DNA of 64,000 bases, from positions 19,530,001 to 19,594,000 of the forward strand of contig NW_024704747.1 in assembly GCF_018977255.1 (NCBI RefSeq), in the 5' to 3' direction. The position numbers were made by a program, and so were the translations under genes. The notes below the pieces were generated by a model. That model was not told the origin of the DNA, did not search any database, and saw only the letters and a list, made by a program, of their open reading frames with translations. Position 1 is the first letter of the stretch, and each line of letters opens with the position of its first letter. The stretch is from Callorhinchus milii (Eukaryota). Positions 60,177-64,000 of the stretch are shown here, one piece after another.

Positions 60177-60507
60177 TGGAGTCTTGTAGCTCAGTGGTTA
60201 GAGCACTCGCTTTGCAAGCGAGAGACCTGGGTTCAATTCCAGGCAGGTCAGGGCGAAACCTTGGGCAGGTTTCCTTACTCCACACGCCTAATAATAATCC
60301 CTGTAAAAAAACAAAACAATAATAAATTGGTCATTTTCAATCCATATGACTGTTTGTGGGACATTGCTGTGCGCAATTGGCTGCCGCGTTCGCCCATAAA
60401 TATACAGTCAATTCACTTTACAGTGTGTTCTGTGAAGCGCTTTGGGACGTCCTCCCGACGTGAAAAGCGCTATATCAAATGCAAGGATTATTATTATTAT
60501 TATTATG
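60177..60507 (+). mobile_element. tRNA-derived SINE, short variant (young)
   Basis: Complete head, core and tail gtgaagcgctttgggacgtcctcccgacgtgaaaagcgctatatcaaatgcaagg(att)n. Confidence 0.9.
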
Positions 60508-60806
60508 ATTTTGATCTGTTCAGTGCTGAATGTTGCTGCTGTGGGACTCTTAAGTTTTGGTTCCTACCGGTAACTTCAGCCAAAGCTACTCCTCTGTGCT
60601 GTGATTTAGCTGAGTTCCTGTGGGTCAGGGCAGATTCAGGTTGCCAAAATGAGATTCCATTTGTGGCTTGAAGTTGTAGAGGTTTTCGTTGCTGGAATTT
60701 AGATCTCAATATCTTGAAATCCGCATCAGCAAAGCAGATTGCTCTAGAGACAGCCCAGATAAATGACTGTCCTTCTTGTCAAATTTAGTTGAAGTCTGAG
60801 TGATTG

Positions 60807-61565
60807 ACAACAACAACCACAACAACAAGATTACATTTGTATAGCGCCTTTCATGTCGGGAGGACGTCCCAAGGCGTTGGACAGAGTACAGCAATTCAGA
60901 CCCAAGCTGGGGTCAGAGGTCGGGGGGGAGAAGGGAGGGGATGGAGCGTGGCCGATGGCATGGTCGAAGAGGAGGGTCTTGAGGCGGGACTTGAAGGATG
61001 CTAAGGAGGGCGCGAGGCAGAGTGATTGGGGGATGGAATTCCAGAGGTTGGGGGCAGAGTGGCTGAAGGCTCTCCCGCCAATGGTGGGGCGGGTGGGTTG
61101 GGAGACGTGGAGCAGGTCAGAGCCGGCTGAGCGGAGGGAGCAGGTGGGTTGATAGGGGGTTAGGAGGTCATAAAGGTAGGGTGGGGCGAGGCCGTGGAGG
61201 GCTTTGTAGGTGAGGACCAGGATCTTGAACTGGATCCCTCTGAAGGATAGGGAGCCAATGGAGTCGGGCGAGAATGGTGGAGATGGGCTCACAGAGTTTG
61301 GTGCGGGAGAGGACACGGGCTGCAGAGTTCTGGATTATCTGCAGCCTGTGGAGGGAGGAGTCGGGAAGGCCGACAAGCAGGGCGTTTGCATAGCCGAGCC
61401 TGGATATGATAAAGGCATGAACAAGAGTCTCAGCGGCCTGAGGGGGTGAGGTAGTGGCGGAGTCGGGCGATGTTATGGAGGTGAGGAAAGGCAGAGCGGG
61501 TCATGGCTTGGATGTGGGGAAGAAAAGACAGTTGAGGGTCAAACAAGACACTTAGGTTCCTGACT
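60807..61565 (-). mobile_element. L2 LINE 3' fragment
   Basis: IQFKILVLTYKALHGLAPPYLYDLL...GGRAFSHSAPNLWNSIP...FKSRLKTLLF; (caa)n tail. Confidence 0.9.
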
Positions 61566-62550
61566 GGCTGGTGAGTTGTAGTGTGCAGCCATGGAGGTTG
61601 ATGCTGCCAGATCCTGAGGTGCAGAGGCGCTGTCAAATGATGTACAATCATATATGTTAGTGTTGTTGAAAGGAGCACATTTAGTTCAATTTATAACTAA
61701 CTATACGAATACAAATAAAAACTAATCTGTTTTTGCAGCTAATATGTCTGCATTGTTAGCATTTATTCAGTCCTAGGAATTTACTGTGTCTCATCAGTAT
61801 CAAAATTCTTTTCTAATCTCGCAAGTAAATTACTGTTTTTTTGTTATTTCTTTGAGAATGTTTGAGAAGCAGAGGAGTTGCCTTGGCTGAAGTTACCAGT
61901 AGGAACACTGAGGAATCCTTCCAAAGTGTGCAAGGTGCTAAATATATATAAATTATAATGGAATTGTATTGTATCCACAAAGAAATATGAATTACTGTTT
62001 AAGTGCAGTAAAACGTATTTTATTTATATTGTATTTAGAAATGTTTCAGCAAAACCGGCCAAGGTCAAACAATCTAGAAATCCCTCATACGTCTGAAAGA
62101 TCCAACGGTACTCTCATGGTCTCTCCAGCTGTTAAAAAGGGGGCTTGGTTAACTATTTACTTAGTAATGTTATTAAGGGATAAGAAGAAAAGGCAGGTTA
62201 ATGGGACTTAAAGATAAACTATGATCTTAAAAAATGGTGGAGCAGAATGAATAGGTAAGTGGCTTCAGTTCCCAGCCTGAAAACTTCTTGAAGTTAGTAA
62301 CTCTGTTTGTTTTGTTTATTTAATGTGAATGCTTTGGTAGGATTTGTATCTATCTGATCTGTAATTCAGTGTAAAGGTGTTCATGAGGACATGTGACTTT
62401 AGTAAAATACGGAGAATTGGAAGAATGGTAGAACCCAATTATTCTGTTATACAGTTTACATGAAAACCCAGACAATGTAGCTAGTATGCTAATGTTTTAT
62501 TCACGATTAGTGCCTTTTCATAAAGGCAAATACAATTCTTAAACAGCAAT

Positions 62551-62829
62551 TTAGAAGGAATCCCTCATACGTCTGAAGGATCCAATAGTTGAGCTGGAAG
62601 CGCCCCAGTCGCTGAATCGCCTGTACTCTCCAGGTCTCATGAAGTACTGGCGACCTCTGTAGTTGGGCTGATCATACATGGTCCAGTAGCCATCCATCAC
62701 GTTGCAGGAGTGGATGTCACGGTAGCGGAAACGGTCATAGACGGATGGGCAGTCATCCATGAATTCCATCATCTGTCCTCCAAAGTCAGGTCTCTCGTAA
62801 ACCTTCATTCTGTAGGAGCCATCTCTTTG
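62551..62829 (-). CDS. gamma-crystallin gene 12, exon 3 only (exons 1-2 presumably right of the window)
   Basis: ttgcag|CAA AGA GAT...; [23 protein letters not shown]...[16 protein letters not shown] at 62501-62496. Confidence 0.92.
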   Translation of the reverse strand, partial: QRDGSYRMKVYERPDFGGQMMEFMDDCPSVYDRFRYRDIHSCNVMDGYWTMYDQPNYRGRQYFMRPGEYRRFSDWGASSSTIGSFRRMRDSF

Positions 62830-63244
62830 CTGCAATAGAGAAACACAACATTTGTGATGGAACTCAAATGGACATGGATATACATGGAAAAATAGGTTCT
62901 GAACTGGAGCACAGGGGGTTGGTATCGTTAAGGATCTTAAAATGGAGTTATTAGGGTTTAAAATAAATCACAAATAATTCATTGACTCTCAGAACTATTT
63001 GTTTCTTGCATTGAGCGAGTTGGCATTGTAATTCCTTCAGTACTATTTCATTCATCAGCCATAGGGATCAAATGCTGTTAACATTGACCTCAAGTCTTCC
63101 CTTATGGTGACTGCTTCAATGTCTCACTTTTTCCCACACATGAACATGGTGCTCAGAAATTTTCAAATGGCGTTTAAATTGAAAGGAAGTCACGAGGAAG
63201 TTCGAGACAGACAGCAGTAACGATAGTGATGGTTAAGAGTCAAG

Positions 63245-64000
63245 ACAACAACAACAACAAAATTACATTTATAGAGCATCTTTCACGTCGGGAGGATGTC
63301 TCAAGGCGCTGAACAGTCAGATGTTGGAGCCTGAGCATGGGAGAGAGGTGTGGTAGGGGTGAGGGAAGGCAGAGAGGTGGGAGGGCGACCAAATGCATGA
63401 TCGAAGAGAAGGGTCTTGAGACCAGCCTTGAAGAAGGCAAGGGAGGAAGCGAGGTGAAGGGACTGTGGGATGGAGTTCCAGAATGTGGAGGCAGAGAGGC
63501 TGAAAGCCCGGCCACCAATGGTAGGGCGAATTGGGTGGGAGACGTGGTGCAGGCCAGAGCCTGCTGAACAGAGGGAGTAGGCAGGTTGGTAGGGAGTCAG
63601 CAGATCAGAGAGGTAAGAGAGGGCAAGGCTATGGATGGCCTTAAAGGTGAGGACGAGGATCTTTAACTCGATCCTCTGGGGAATGGGGAGCCAGTGGAGT
63701 AGGATGAGGGTGGGAGTGATGGGGTCACAGATTCTGGTGCGCAAGAGTACACGAGTTGCAGAGTTTTGGATGATCTGCAGCTTGTGAAGGGAAGAATTGG
63801 GAAGGCCGATGAGGAGGGAGTTTCCGTAATCGAGCTTTGATGTGACGAATGTGTGGGTGAGGGTTTCGGCAGCCTGAGGGGTGAGGCAGTGGCGGAGTCT
63901 GGCAATATTGTGGAGGTGGTGGTAGGCAGTGCTGGTTATGGCGTGGATGTGGGGGAGAAAGGACAATTCAGGGTCAAACAAGACACCCAGGTTCCTGACT
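63245..64000 (-). mobile_element. L2 LINE 3' fragment (in presumed intron 2 of gene 12)
   Basis: 226-aa ORF FDPELSFLPHIHAIT...SKLDYGNSLL...LHWLPIPQRIELKIL; (caa)n tail. Confidence 0.9.

Noticed and set aside
1-64000. CRISPR array, operon or other prokaryote-type defence system
   Set aside because: The DNA is intron-containing vertebrate sequence; the regular repeats are explained by duplicated exons, SINEs and LINE tails.

Overview
AT-rich vertebrate genomic DNA, almost certainly a cartilaginous fish. This is inferred from the gamma-crystallin type and from the mix of L2 and CR1 LINEs with tRNA-headed Deu-domain SINEs, which suggests a chimaera or elephant-shark-like genome. The window is a tandem, head-to-tail array of gamma-crystallin (lens beta/gamma superfamily) genes, all on the minus strand. 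Each gene has three coding exons: 9 nt (MGK/MGR/MGT), 243 nt (N-terminal domain) and 276-279 nt (C-terminal domain). I read 9 complete genes, 2 genes cut by the window edges, one exon-2 pseudogene, one inverted exon-3 fragment and several small exon remnants. The intergenic space is mostly retroelement debris. The main observations are: exon-restricted homogenisation consistent with gene conversion; a divergent, Met-poor, gammaS-like member inside the array; a charge-shifted (Asp>Asn) paralog; an antisense inverted exon-3 copy fused to a nested SINE; duplicated gene ends that supply poly(A) signals; a GC-AG intron; a stop-free in-frame intron; shared promoter motifs; and a palindromic element with a decayed hammerhead-like core. 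I found no evidence for a wholly new biological system. Exon coordinates were read by hand from splice signals, and repeat boundaries are approximate.
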